A DNA stretch of 63,398 bases, filler included, from Lenisia limosa (lineage: Eukaryota; Protista; Breviatea), in the NCBI GenBank assembly GCA_001655205.1. It is 10 parts of 10 records of this genome, joined end to end, with 100 filler letters (N's around TTAATTAATTAA, not from the genome) between each part and the next. Parts side by side here need not be neighbours in the genome. Positions count along the whole stretch, not along the records: positions 1 to 30,530 come from LPNZ01011165.1; positions 30,631 to 33,405 come from LPNZ01006614.1; 8 more parts are not named here. One strand, written 5' to 3'. The translations under genes and the position numbers were made by a program. This document shows, piece by piece, positions 18,343-30,844 of this stretch. The notes beneath the pieces are model-generated. The model was not told the origin of the DNA. It worked only from the letters and a program-made list of their open reading frames with translations, and searched no databases. Within the stretch, counting starts at the first letter, position 1, and every line of letters starts with the position of its first letter.

Positions 18343-20377
18343 TTATGAAGAATGCGACAGGAGAAAGTGCGAAGTAAAGAGCTTCATCATTCCAATGACT
18401 TTCTCTGGCTGCTCCAAGTGGCAAAGCCCTCCAGAATAGTTCATCTAATATGTGAGTAGTGCTCTTTCAAAGCGGTTTAAAACTGCCAAAGTAAAGTTTA
18501 TCAGAATGAGTTCATATCCCACTAACTTCATCATAGACGGAATTCTCCTTGGGGATTTCACCAAACACCCACCTAATCAGTAAGTACGGAACAGAATACA
18601 AAAACAGCATCCCCTCTTACATGGAGTCCATGGCTCGGGGCGAATCTCTTCCTGCAAGGAGGAGGCCTACAACATCATGGAAGGAATGATTAAAAAGGCT
18701 CTTGATAATCCGCATAGAACATATAAAAAAAATGAAACAACGGTTCAGAATCCGGGCAAACATTCGCACTTGGTGGCCTTCAAGTCTGACACATGAACGG
18801 TTTGGCTATACACCATTACAAGCAGATAATATGTCATTGTACTACCAATACAACTGTAATCCTAAAAGCACCATACCCACTTGATATATGAGGAAAACAT
18901 CATTTTGAAAGATTGATACTTCAGCTTTTTGCTCTCTTCTGACAGATAGTTTACAACGTCATAGTTGGCCTCAAGGGTGGCCTGTCAAGCTTAAAAGAGT
19001 ATACGACTTCGTTTTTTTGTATTGAGCACTGAGTAAATAGGGTCAGAAAACAAGCAATTTTTCAATATTTACATGATACACGATACGCTGTTCAAGTAAA
19101 AAAATATGGACAACAGAGCTGAATAGAACCAAGGTACCAGTGAAAGGTGGCGACCCAAAAGGAAGTTAGTTACGCCTTGGTTGATACCCGTTACAAGGAG
19201 TTTGGCTTGCTCAACCTGGTGGGTGGGGGATTAGAAAGCCAGGATAAGGAATAACCCTAATAAATGCGAATAATCAAAGCCCTAATCAATGTTTCATATT
19301 TCATTTAATAGTATCCATATGTTCTACGGGGTTATCGATTGTTGGTGATATCAGCAGAACCTCACAACAACCGTCTAGACCCCCCACCTTGAGAGAAGCC
19401 CAATAGAGCCAGTCGTGCTTTTCATACGTCGTAGTAAACAAGATCAATGAGATCACATCATCCGGGTGCAGCGTCTACGGTGTTATAACACAAGCATTTT
19501 TAGTTCTAATAAATAACTTCCCAAAAATATCTAAATAGTACCGCTACCCTATCTGCACTTTTGAAGACCGTGGTTGCCTATTCTACCCCATACCTACTCA
19601 TGAAAACCCGAGACATACCGAGAGTTTGAGGAGAATAGTTCCGCCATACCCGGCACCCATTCCAACATAGCGCTTCACACTGCTAGTCAGAAGAGAGTAG
19701 GATGTATAAATGTCAAGCAATCCTTGGCATTTCCTCAAACAAAGAAACAGGATGCCCCTCACCCACCCCAGAGACACCATAGCCAGAGACACCTGCTCTG
19801 CCAGCTCGGTGGTAGAGAGGTAGGGAACTGGGAATTTGGGGTCAGCATTGGCATGGTTTCCTAAGGGGTCACTTTGTTTATGCTATTGGTGGTGTTTGAA
19901 AGGAAATATCTTGAAAATCAAATCAATTTGAACCCAATCAAAGGTCAAGTCAGAGGTCAATCCAAAGCCAATCCCTCACCTGGGGCATCAACCTGATAGA
20001 GGCAGAACTTATCAAAATACTCGCGGTCAGCATCTATCAGTCTGTCGAAGCAGGAGCTATCTGAGAGTGACAGTAATTCACAATGACGTTCTTTATTATC
20101 ATTGGGTTTTTCGTATTGCTTATTTGATCACAAAATTAAATATAATTTATTTCTCTTCAACGACAAGAAATCATTGTTTAGCAGTAAATACACGTTTTAA
20201 AGGAAGGAAAAGACTATTTCCCAATTGGAAATCCAGCATACGAGTTGTTCCGATATCGTGGTAAGTCACCATTGCGGGTTTCGAAGTGTCACCATAGACT
20301 GTCACACCAAGGGTTCCATAATTGGTACCGATTACATGAAGCTATATATTATACCAAAAAAGTGTGACAAACATTTC
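18343..20377 (-). CDS. NDRG: NDRG/Ndr-family alpha/beta-hydrolase-fold protein
   Basis: Exons give HVIGTNYGTLGVTVYGDTSKPAMVTYHDIGTT, SSCFDRL..FCLYQVDAPG, YLSTTELAEQ, VGMGAGYGGTILLKLS, LHPDDVISLIL..DWLYWASLK, LLLAGRDSP and SGGLCHLEQPEKV. These are colinear with NDRG motifs. Stop TAA at 18343-18345. Confidence 0.9.
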
Positions 20378-20982
20378 CTTCGAGCATGCTGAGGTAAGAA
20401 TAACAATGCAGGCAAGTGAACGCAAAAGGCAGTTTCCAAACTAACAAACTATCTCACAATATAAACATAAAAATAAGTTCATACGTTTTATTCAATCTCA
20501 ACAAGGAAAAGGCTTGCGGGCTTGTGAGGTGGCAAAAAACAATGTTTTTATGGACGGTGGGTTTGGGGATAGGAATGTATATGCACCCCATGTTCTCTTA
20601 CTTTTTATCATTTTTTCTTCCCGGTACGCACCGGGCATAATTCCTCCGCTAAGCTCTTGGTCTTATAATGTAAACTGACCGATACAGTGGCGTGGAGTTT
20701 GCGCGAGGTGGCGTACCGAGAACATTATTCTGATTTCCCTTTTTTTTTATGGGGGATAGGAATGTATACGCACCCCATGTTCTCTAAATTTTTTATCATT
20801 TTTTTGTTGATGCGAAAACGCGAAAACTCTACAAACTAGCAAGGCTGATGGACAAGAGAGAATAATTAAAAATATTTTCCCAAATTGAGCCAGATCCATA
20901 AACACGTCGACATTTTCCCAAAATGTGATAAGCTCCTAGGCCTCAACTCGACCACTCCTTTTACCATCCGGTTATTATTAAG

Positions 20983-23900
20983 ATGTTAGCTTTGGAAGAA
21001 GTAAAGCAGCGCATTCAAGCATGCCACGGTGGGTTAACAGTCTGTTTTCTCGTCTGATCCCCAGATGGAAGCGATGTTTGGCTTGAGTTCCAAGCTATCA
21101 TTGACTGTACCCAATATCTCACAAAGGTTTTAGGGTGAAAAGGGGGTGAATATGATCATTCAATTTTTAAATTCACAGTTTTGTTCTTTGTTTCTTCTTC
21201 TTTACTGCTAGGCTGAAGCTAACGAGTGCATTGACGGGCTGCTTCACGTCATATCCGTGGTTCTCCTGAAGGCTTCAGCACATTCCCCACAGTCACCACA
21301 GTCGCCGGCAGTAACGGCCAAGGTCTGAACCTTTATTAACCCAAACCAAAGACCAGGGGGTGTCTGCACTAATTTTAACAAGAAGGGTTTTTATTTATTT
21401 GTTCAGAATTGTTCATATGATATCTATATTGAAGCATGCTCACCTTCACAGGCCGGTGCCGGATTATTGGTGCGCACTTATGCCATTCAAAGCTTTGTTA
21501 CCCTGTGCCAAAAAGCTGGTGTGTGTGAAAACTGTTCTGGAAGTATTAATAAGGCACATCTTATAATTTTTGAATCAGAGTTGTTAATAACTATTAATTT
21601 TTCAAATATTAAATAAATCTGACAGTCACGTTCTACAATTTACAAAATGCAGGTACCACAGCCAAAGCCGTACATTTATTCAACGACCTCATGGCCCTTG
21701 CTGGCACTAAGGACTGTCAGGGAATCACTATCAGGTGGCTCACGGGTTTTATATATCCACTTCTTCAAAATATCGGTATTTAAGATATACAATATAATAT
21801 GATATGATATATTATATGATATATAATAAGATAGATATCTAGATATACTATATAGATAATAAATAGATGTAATGCTCTCTCCTGGAGTTTCAGATTATTC
21901 GGTTCTTGGTTAGTATCTTTACGCCAATATTCTTCATCGAAATTTCCNNNNNNNNNNNNNNNNNNNNNNNNNNNNNNNNNNNNNNNNNNNNNNNNNNNNN
22001 NNNNNNNNNNNNNNNNNNNNNNNNNNNNNNNNNNNNNNNNNNNCCCACCAATCGCAATCAAGTCTATGAGCCAAAAGGGCGAGGTTCGTCCGGAAGAGGG
22101 GTTGCCGCTTTTCCTTTGTTTCGGTCTTGTTCACTCTGTTCAGACCGGTACGCGTTTGGCGTGTGTCAAGTCTTGTTCCTTGGCTATCTCGTCTGTCCTC
22201 CCTTACTCCTGTCCCCCCATGGCTACTCTCATGAAGATCATCAAAATTGCTCTTGCGGTTGGTGTTCATGAATATGACTAATGATTTATTAACTCTCAGC
22301 TTCCGTTGGCCTGGGAAGGTGGTCATTTTTTCATTCATCGCGATGCGACATCATACCAAATAACCTTACAATCATAGAACCTCAAATTACAATCATTGAA
22401 CCTCAAATAAACCCTATAATCATAGAACCTCAAATAACCTTACAATCACAGGACCGTTCCGAGCGCGTGAGAGAGGCTGGATTTATGGGCTTGGCGTCTT
22501 TGGTTCCTTGTGCATGGACCTGTGGCCAGGGTGCGAGGGTGTTGCTGTATCCAGTTTTCACGATTGAGTTGTTTTGTTTATTTGTTGCGAAAGATATGTG
22601 ATATCTCATCTTGACCCCCCCCCCCCCNNNNNNNNNNNNNNNNNNNNNNNNNNNNNNNNNNNNNNNNNNNNNNNNNNNNNNNNNNNNNNNNNNACTCCTC
22701 TCAAAAAGTTGTCAATGCTGCCGGGTTTTGTCATGGTATGAGAACGGAATACAATCAGAGATTTAGCATGGTGGCGTAAACAGTTTAATGCTATTATTCC
22801 CCTCAGCTTAATATTATTTAAAGTAACCTTTGACTTGTGCCCCTTTGTTTTGTTTTTTTGTGCTGTTGTTTTGATTTTAATGTTTGCTGTGTGTGTTTGT
22901 TTTGTTTTGTTTTGTGCTTTGTGTTTGTCCAGCCACTTTTTGTTGATATCATGACTACTTTTTTGTTTAGCATCAGTATGGTTGAGAATAGTCACAGTTT
23001 GCTTGACACCATATTGTTCGTACCTGTANNNNNNNNNNCTCCAGATTTGATCCCCTCGGGGGTCGAATGCTTGGGACGGCTCTAAGCGTTATGATTGGGT
23101 TGTGACCGTTAATAAGTCGTATTTTTTTAACATTTCCCTTACTTTCTTAACGCCTTCCAGGTACGTTTGGGTGATCGAGCGGTGGTGGGACTCTTCAAAG
23201 GCTGGCTCGGACTTGTTTTTGTTTTTGTGTTTTTGTCATCTGGCTTTTATCTAGTAATAGCGTGGTTGCTCGTGTTTGTAATTGCTTGTTTTTTGGTATT
23301 TGTTTGTTTGGAGTTTCAGATTATTCGGCTCGTGATTATTACCTTTACGCCAATAGTCTTCATCGAAATTTCCTTCGTTTTACTCCCCCCCCCCCCCNNN
23401 NNNNNNNNNNNNNNNNNNNNNNNNNNNNNNNNNNNNNNNNNNNNNNNNNNNNNNNNNNNNNNNNNNNNNNNNNNNNNNNCTGTGAAAGAGCCGAAGGATA
23501 AGAAGAAAACCGTCCCGGTCACACTTTCCGAGGTGCATGTTGGACTATAACGCTGCTACATTCATTCACTTTTCATAGTATTGCTCTCCTTCTTTCTCCC
23601 AATGTTCATGCTCTCAAATTCCAACCACTTAGGCCCTCAAAGGCATAATAACCCCCATGGCCCGCACCAATCTCCTTGATGCCCGAGTGTCTCACTCAAA
23701 GGCGCTGAAAACGCTGCTCAAAGGTGGGTTCTGTGCAAATGGATTAAGGTTATACCTGTCTTGAGTATCATTATTTGTTATCACCCCATTAGACCTTCCA
23801 CACTCGTATCGTCTTGAGGCCCTTCCTGCAATCCTGACCGACATCTTTGCCCTCTGCACATCCTCCAAACCCCTCTCAGCCGCGTCCTCATCGGTGAGTC

Positions 23901-26900
23901 ATCATATTCTGCTGTCAGTTTTACCATAATAAGAAACAACCCTGTTTTTATTTCTCATTTCTATATCATAGAATAATCTATGACTGTAATGTTCAGTCTT
24001 TCTTCCTCCCTAAAACTGTTGACCCTTGTAGCTGCGACACTTTGTATTGGTGGCATTTGTGGAGAGTTGTCTAGGTCCTGCTATGGTGAGCTACTGGCGA
24101 TATTTTGTCCAGTCTTTCATGGAGGACTGGTGTTGCCAATTTTGAGTTGTGAATATAACTGCAAGACATATCGATATAATATCATATATATACTTTTCAA
24201 ATTTCGTGAATTACAAGGTGGGAAGAAATGGTATGGTTTATTCACCATACAATTCCTGACTCTTTAGCATGCGGAGGCCTTGGCTGTTCTGAACTTTGTT
24301 GAGCACCAACTAGGCGCGGATGCCGGTCTAGTAGGGGGGGGGGGGTAGTNNNNNNNNNNNNNNNNNNNNNNNNNNNNNNNNNNNNNNNNNNNNNNNNNNN
24401 NNNNNNNNNNNNNNNNNNNNNNNTCCTTATACGGGTTACTGTTTCAGAATCGGGAGTTCTTTTTTTATCCCCTCTCCCTCCCAAGGCCGAGCTTCCCTTC
24501 CAACTCATCGCGGCCGCCTGCAGCTCTTTGGCGACTTCTGAACCAAAAACCGAGCTCTATGAGGTGTGTGATGTTGGACTGCTGGGCTCTTTCTTTGGAT
24601 GTGTCTCTCAGAAAACACTGTGATGGGACAGAAGTTAAGTCCATTTCTCAAGACTGCGTTTTGGAGCCTTTTGATTAATTCCACTATAGAAGATCCAGAC
24701 AGCACACAAGTCAGCAAAACCCGCTTTGTCTGTTTTCAGCGCACTTGCCCTTCAAGTGAGGCTAGCTACTGTTCATGGATATTGAAGATATTAGGATCCA
24801 TTCACAGTTATTAAGCCACCCAAGTGTTGTTTGAAGCCTTGGCTGCTATCTATGATCTTAATGTGACTTCCACAGAGCATACTTCGACTTCACCCTTCAA
24901 TGCCCTCTTCAGCCCTCACCCACATCCTGGCGCAGCAGCAAGGCAAAAAGCCAGGAGATAGTAGGCGGCTGGCTTGGTAGAGAAAACAGAGTTGGGTGTG
25001 CCGGACCGAAGTGAAGCTCTAATGTCAATAATAAAGTCTATACAGCTCTGAAACAATAGGATGAGGCACATTTTCCATGCTTCCTTTCATTAACCATTTT
25101 CACGCCACAGTTGAACCCAATGACGTTGTTGAGATGATGGCCATTGTCACAAGTGGCGACTTGCTTACCGAGGTTGGTGTTAGGAGGTACAAGTTGAGAG
25201 GTTGGTGTTAGGAGGTACAAGTTGAGAGGTTGGTGTTAGGAGGTACAAGTTGAGAGGTTGGTGTTAGGAGGTACAAGTTGAGAGAGATGGCGTCACTTCA
25301 GACCTGAGAGCGATAACTGCCATTTTCAACTTGTCTGAGGGGAGGGCTTTTGACGATTCAGGTGGAGCTTGATGAGCTGTTTTCGTTCCTCTTCTCTACT
25401 GTCCACGGTGTGTTGCGGACTTATCTGCTCAAAAAGCGAGGCATCCTTTTTGAAATTCCTTTCATATGTTGCTATTTAAGCACAAGACACGTTTTTTTTG
25501 ACTCCCCCCCCCCCCNNNNNNNNNNNNNNNNNNNNNNNNNNNNNNNNNNNNNNNNNNNNNNNNNNNNNNNNNNNNNNNNNNNNNNNNNNNNNNNNNNNNN
25601 NNNNNNNNNNNNNNNNNNNNNNCCTCCGAACTGAAAGCCAGGGAAAAAGAGCAAAGAAGAACTCTCGAGGTTGCTGTGAGCGGGAGAGGGGGTCCAAAAG
25701 AGCAATAATTATTGAAGCCATTCATTGTGACGTTTTCAAGGATAATTACAAGTATTACACAAAATATCGTATATAAATACTATATATGATAATTATTACA
25801 CCCTGACCGATATAGTGTTGGCAGTTCCTCAGCGCCCTTGTGACTCAGCAGGCGTCATGGGTTCACCCGAACATGTCCGCTTTTCTTGGCTTTATTGCAT
25901 CGGTGAGGGGTACTTGGGATGGTTGGGGGGAGTTATTGAAGGGGTTACTTGGTACTTGGCGGGATTTTTTTGGTTACTTGAAGATATTAGTTGTCTAATC
26001 TGGTCCAGCCAACAGTATTCCAAAAGGAGAGCAAATTGCCTAAAGCGGAAAGCAATATTTTGGAGCTTTTCATGCGTCACTCCAACGCCTGTCTCCTTGC
26101 CGCCACCCTCATCTCAAGCCACCCTAGAGAGCTTCTTGATGATGATGTATGGGGCGTGTTGTGATGCCTATTTCTTTGTTATCTCAGGCACTTTCGTCTT
26201 GAAGCCTTACCTTGACTTACTTACTTTCCCCTACTGCCTCTCTCAACTTACGCACATACCAGGCCACAGCACATCAGTCTCTCTCTTCAGCCATCCAAAC
26301 CACGGCCCTCTCGGCCCTCCGCCTCTGTCACGCCTCCATCACCCACCATTCCAATAGCGCCGTCAAGGAGGCTTCATGCGTTCTCAGGACAAATGTACGA
26401 TGTGTTGACTTGGAAGGTTCATTTTTCAATTATCACCTCTTAATAATAGTACTATTGAAAACAAATCCCAGGTTTTATCTCATGACAGGCATATCTGCTG
26501 TTCACTCTCCTCCCCCAAAGCCTCCTGACAACTAGCCTTACAAACGCCGCGCTACGGGCATGTAGCTTTGGTATGTAATGTTAGGATAAAATCATCTCTA
26601 TCATTGACTTGGGATTCTTGTGAAAAGTTGGAATTCTCAGATTTTACATGGGCATCCTGTGTAATTTTATGGAAATTTGAAGAAATATGGGATTCCCATA
26701 GTACAGTGGAATTGCAACTCAATGTGCCGCAGTGCATTTCCGTTCATAATATAAAATGATGTGGTGACGGATTCTGGCACACACCAAGTCTAACCCTGCT
26801 GATACCTCAGACGTTACACAGCCGGACCCTGCCGCCAACCTTCATTGCACTCTCCACGACGCTGACCTTGGTGGGTGGGCTGCTATACCATGAGCAATAT

Positions 26901-29900
26901 CGTGGACGGGGCCTGAATATTTTATTATCAACGTGTGTACTGCCATTATTGAAGTTTACTCTTCTACAAAGAGCCAATTATGACTGTGATAGTATGTGTA
27001 CTTTTGCCTCGTTTTGTTTTTGTGTGTATATTTCGCAATTCAGCACCCCCCCCCCCNNNNNNNNNNNNNNNNNNNNNNNNNNNNNNNNNNNNNNNNNNNN
27101 NNNNNNNNNNNNNNNNNNNNNNNNNNNNNNNNNNNNNNNNNNNNNNNNNNNNNNNNNNNNNNNNNNNNNNNNNNNNNNNNNNNNNNNNNNNNNNNNNNNN
27201 NNNNNNNNNNNNNNNNNNNNNNNNNNNNNNNNNNNNNNNNNNNNNNNNNNNNNNNNNNNNNNNNNNNNNNNNNNNNNNCGCCGCCGGACCAGTCGGAAGC
27301 GTCGTCGGAAGCCCCGAGGCTGGAGGTTGGAGAGTATCATGGGTATATGTCCAGTGCCTCAACCGAGAATTGTGGTGACTTCGTAACAGATTATTTACGG
27401 CATCACGACGGTCCTGACATGCACGAAGCAAGCGCCTGCGAGACAGCTCTTGTCCGCCGCCGCCGCCCGGGCTCTCGGCAGAAGCATCGCCAATACCACT
27501 CAGGCAAACGCGTGGGGGGGGGGGGGGNNNNNNNNNNNNNNNNNNNNNNNNNNNNNNNNNNNNNNNNNNNNNNNNNNNNNNNNNNNNNNNNNNNNNNNNN
27601 NNNNNNNNNNNNNNNNNNNNNNNNNNNNNNNNNNNNNNNNNNNNNNNNNNNNNNNNNNNNNNNNNNNNNNNNNNNNNNNNCGTTTCTTTTAACTTAGAAT
27701 TTCTGTATAGGGGTCAGATGCTGTCTCATTTGGAAGCGGCAATGGCTGAAGCCAAGAAAAAGACGGCCAAACTTCAAGCCCTTCTTCCCAACGTCGTGAC
27801 AACGTGGGTGGCTTGACCTTCGCTAAAGCCTTTTGCCACCTATGCACTGCTTTTGTATTTTCTTTCGTCCTGACCTCGTAGCCTCCTTGTTGCTCTGTCA
27901 AATAAGGCCACAGACGCGCTCTCAGTTCATGGCCGACATTGCTGGATGATTCTACAGGTGCGTTGGTCTATTTTTGGCGAGGTTGTTTTGGGATGATATA
28001 ACTCCCCCCCCCCCCCNNNNNNNNNNNNNNNNNNNNNNNNNNNNNNNNNNNNNNNNNNNNNNNNNNNNNNNNNNNNNNNNNNNNNNNNNNNNNNNNNNNN
28101 NNNNNNNNNNNNNNNNNNNNNNNNNNNNNNNNNNNNNNNNNNNNNNNNNNNNNNNNNNNNNNNNNNATTTGCCGAGAGTTGCCGGAGACTCTTTCTTCAA
28201 GTTTGCCGTGGAACGATTCCCTACGCTCTCATTTTGTCTCGGTTGTTGCTAACTTGGTGTGCAGTATGATTTTGGCGGTGGTGGAGTCGCACTCACAGGG
28301 CCTAAAGTCGGCCCACGGCACTGCCACTCTTGGTAGGACAAGGGTGACAGTTTTGGTTCAACTCTGTCTGATAGTCAACCAACACAATGACTCACAACTT
28401 TATTTATTTCTGCGCGTATAGATATGTATATGTACAGTATATCATAATATACTAAATATATTATACTATATATGATATATCGATAAATATATATATGCAT
28501 ATACTAGTTATATATATATATATTATATTTGTTTTTTACTAAAAAATAAATATCATATACTACTATATCATATGAATCATGTAATAAGAAACCTAGCTGA
28601 ATAACCACGATTAGTCAACAAGTGTCACCTAACTCTCCACCAGGGCTTGCGGTTGGACGAATGATCAAAGAGGCCGGGCCTATCGCCGCCGTGAAGTACC
28701 TTGAGAGGGCTGCTGGTGAGAGGGGGGGAAATATCACATGATTATTGGCTTCCTTGAGCACGGTTTCATAGCCCCCAGTGCTCTGTTCATCATGGTCACG
28801 TGCGCTGATGCCGGAGGCGGCGGCATGGAGTCTTCAGGGCCTCGCGACCGCTCTCGCCCACTCCGGGCCAAATGCGATGTCCGTCACTACTAAGGTCGGG
28901 GGGGGGGGGNNNNNNNNNNNNNNNNNNNNNNNNNNNNNNNNNNNNNNNNNNNNNNNNNNNNNNNNNNNNNNNNNNNNNNNNNNNNNNNNNNNNNCAGACA
29001 ATGGGATTGTTTACCAAATAAATAATTCTGGCTTTCTTGATGGTGTATATGTAGATATTATTTCGACACTCTGGCGTTCTCAATGTTCAGGTTACGCTAT
29101 CTGTCCGAGGCTGTCTCTCACGAGATGTTCACAGCACTGACTTTGTTGGGGGGGATGGGGGCTTATGTAGCACTACTGAGACTATTTTGTGACTATTGCT
29201 CTGGATTTCCGTTCTCACAATGCTCTAAAGATCATGGCACTATGTGGCAAAGTCATCACAAGCCTCTGTCAGCTGGCTGGGCCTGAGCTTTTGGCTTCAA
29301 CGTCCTTGAGGACTTTGGAAAGTGGGAGGCTAGGTCTGGGAACCGATTCATCCTTATATCACATAGTGATTCATACACTCTTCACCGTTTTGATTCTGTT
29401 TTCTTTTGACGATTGGCAGAAATGCATCTTATGTTATTGTACTCTTAATACCCTTGATAACTTGTTTACGTTCAAGTAGTAATAAAGCATGATTTCTCCC
29501 TTCAAGGCTGTACATACTAGTTTGACGGTTCAGGTGAGGCCATTTATCTTGGCACCGCGTCTTGCTCGCCGTGTCGTGTAGCATTCCTATCCGGTGAGTG
29601 GCTATCTAGCCTTTTTCAGCATCTATACATTCACATCAGAATAATATGAAATTCAAAAGTTAAAGCCTATACTTAGCATCATACGATAGTAATACTTTAT
29701 GCTTTGTTCTCTTTAGTTGCAATCAGCATAATACAACAAGCTGGTACCTTACCATGCTGGCATTCATGACTTCAGCGGCTGAGTCATTGGGCATAATTGA
29801 CAGCAAATGCCGACTTGTTACTGCAGCAATGCGAAAGTTGTCTGAGTATCTGAAGGACCCAGTGCACGATGTTGTTGAGGTGGGGAGGAGGGCGTTTGAT

Positions 29901-30419
29901 TGTTTTGCAGTATAGTCTCTATTGAAACTTGGATCATAGAGATCCGTTTGAGGCTCTCAAGTACCAAACTCAAACATTTTGCTGTGGGATTAGTATTTGA
30001 TAACAGATGGGGCTCAGAGATGTTTAATTTCCTGATATGATTAATAGAACCAAGTTGTTCCATGTCTCTTTGATCATAGGATATATTTAGGAATTTGTAT
30101 TATTGTTGTGATTCAAAGAAAAGTTTCAAATGAGAGACGAAAACACCATTTCAAGCACTGTCATTCGCAATTATCTCTTCATTTCTTGAAAAAGCACAGT
30201 TCCGATCAATGGGGGTCTTATTTGCTCCAATTTCTTTCAACTCATCACAATACTAGCCACCCATCACCCCCTTGTCAGTCAACAGATTTTCATAATTTTT
30301 CCAATTTTACTCACCCCCCCTCCCCCAGGCAAGTCTTTCCCTACTCCGGGTACTCTGTGCGAAGACCCCCGACATCATCTTCACAGCCTTTACTGAGCCT
30401 TTCGCAGGGCTTGCAAGGG
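20983..30419 (+). CDS. HEATR5: HEATR5/Laa1/SWEETIE-like HEAT-repeat protein, 3' truncated at scaffold end
   Basis: DRSERVREAGFMGLASL (~22450) resembles HEATR5 DRSMAVRCAVAKCLLEL. LAVGRMIKEAG (~28645) and EAAAWSLQGLATALAHSGP (~28815-28870) resemble HEATR5 SLALGCLHRYVG..EVQTWSLHSLALIVDSSGP. Many small helical exons in between. Confidence 0.8.
21884..21947 (+). mobile_element. Repeat family A copy in a HEATR5 intron, cut by an N gap
   Basis: GGAGTTTCAGATTATTCGGTTC..CTTTACGCCAATATTCTTCATCGAAATTTCC. Confidence 0.7.
23271..23397 (+). mobile_element. Repeat family A copy in a HEATR5 intron, ending in a C-run
   Basis: GTGTTTGTAATTG..GGAGTTTCAGATTATTCGG..CCTTTACGCCAATAGTCTTCATCGAAATTTCCTTCGTTTTACTC(n). 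Confidence 0.75.
25173..25284 (+). repeat. Perfect tandem repeat, 4 x 28 bp
   Basis: GTTGGTGTTAGGAGGTACAAGTTGAGAG x4, starting at a putative donor. Confidence 0.95.
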
Positions 30420-30725
30420 TATGTACATACATATCTATGGTGTGGAATTCTCAATAATAGTTTTTACCCGAAATAACATCTTTTCATTTTCATTTAAATG
30501 ATCCCCTTGTTTCATAGCACTGTGGGTTTTNNNNNNNNNNNNNNNNNNNNNNNNNNNNNNNNNNNNNNNNNNNNTTAATTAATTAANNNNNNNNNNNNNN
30601 NNNNNNNNNNNNNNNNNNNNNNNNNNNNNNGGGGGGGGGGGGAGTAAATTTGGAATTTTTTTTTAAAAAAAAGCCCATAATCAACTCTGTTTGCGATAGT
30701 ATCTGATCAAGTAGTACTAATTATA

Positions 30726-30829
30726 ATTAGGGCTTCACATCGGTTTGAAATTGACCAGTAAAATCTCGATAGTTTTCGAAGATTTATCTTGAAATACAGT
30801 CTTTTTTCGAATCGAAGTGAAGCTCTAAT
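30726..30829. mobile_element. MITE-like hairpin element (family C), best copy
   Basis: 104 bp with 25-nt terminal inverted repeats matching 21/25 (ATTAGGGCTTCACATCGGTTTGAAA versus the reverse complement of the right end, ATTAGAGCTTCACTTCGATTCGAAA). Related copies at ~33800-33858, 33907-34000, 34227-34295, 34721-34804, 51342-51438, 59220-59312, 59348-59445, 61400-61530 and 62101-62198. Confidence 0.7.
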
Positions 30830-30844
30830 TTTAATACTATACCC

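Noticed and set aside
18354-18690. Plus-strand gene MRQEKVRSKELHHS..
   Set aside because: The same bases are better explained as the last NDRG exons on the minus strand, with family-matching motifs.
28421-28580. AT-rich quasi-palindromic tracts (also ~21790-21860, 41060-41170, 48470-48500)
   Set aside because: Low-complexity TA sequence produces apparent hairpins by chance; no specific shared termini could be defined.
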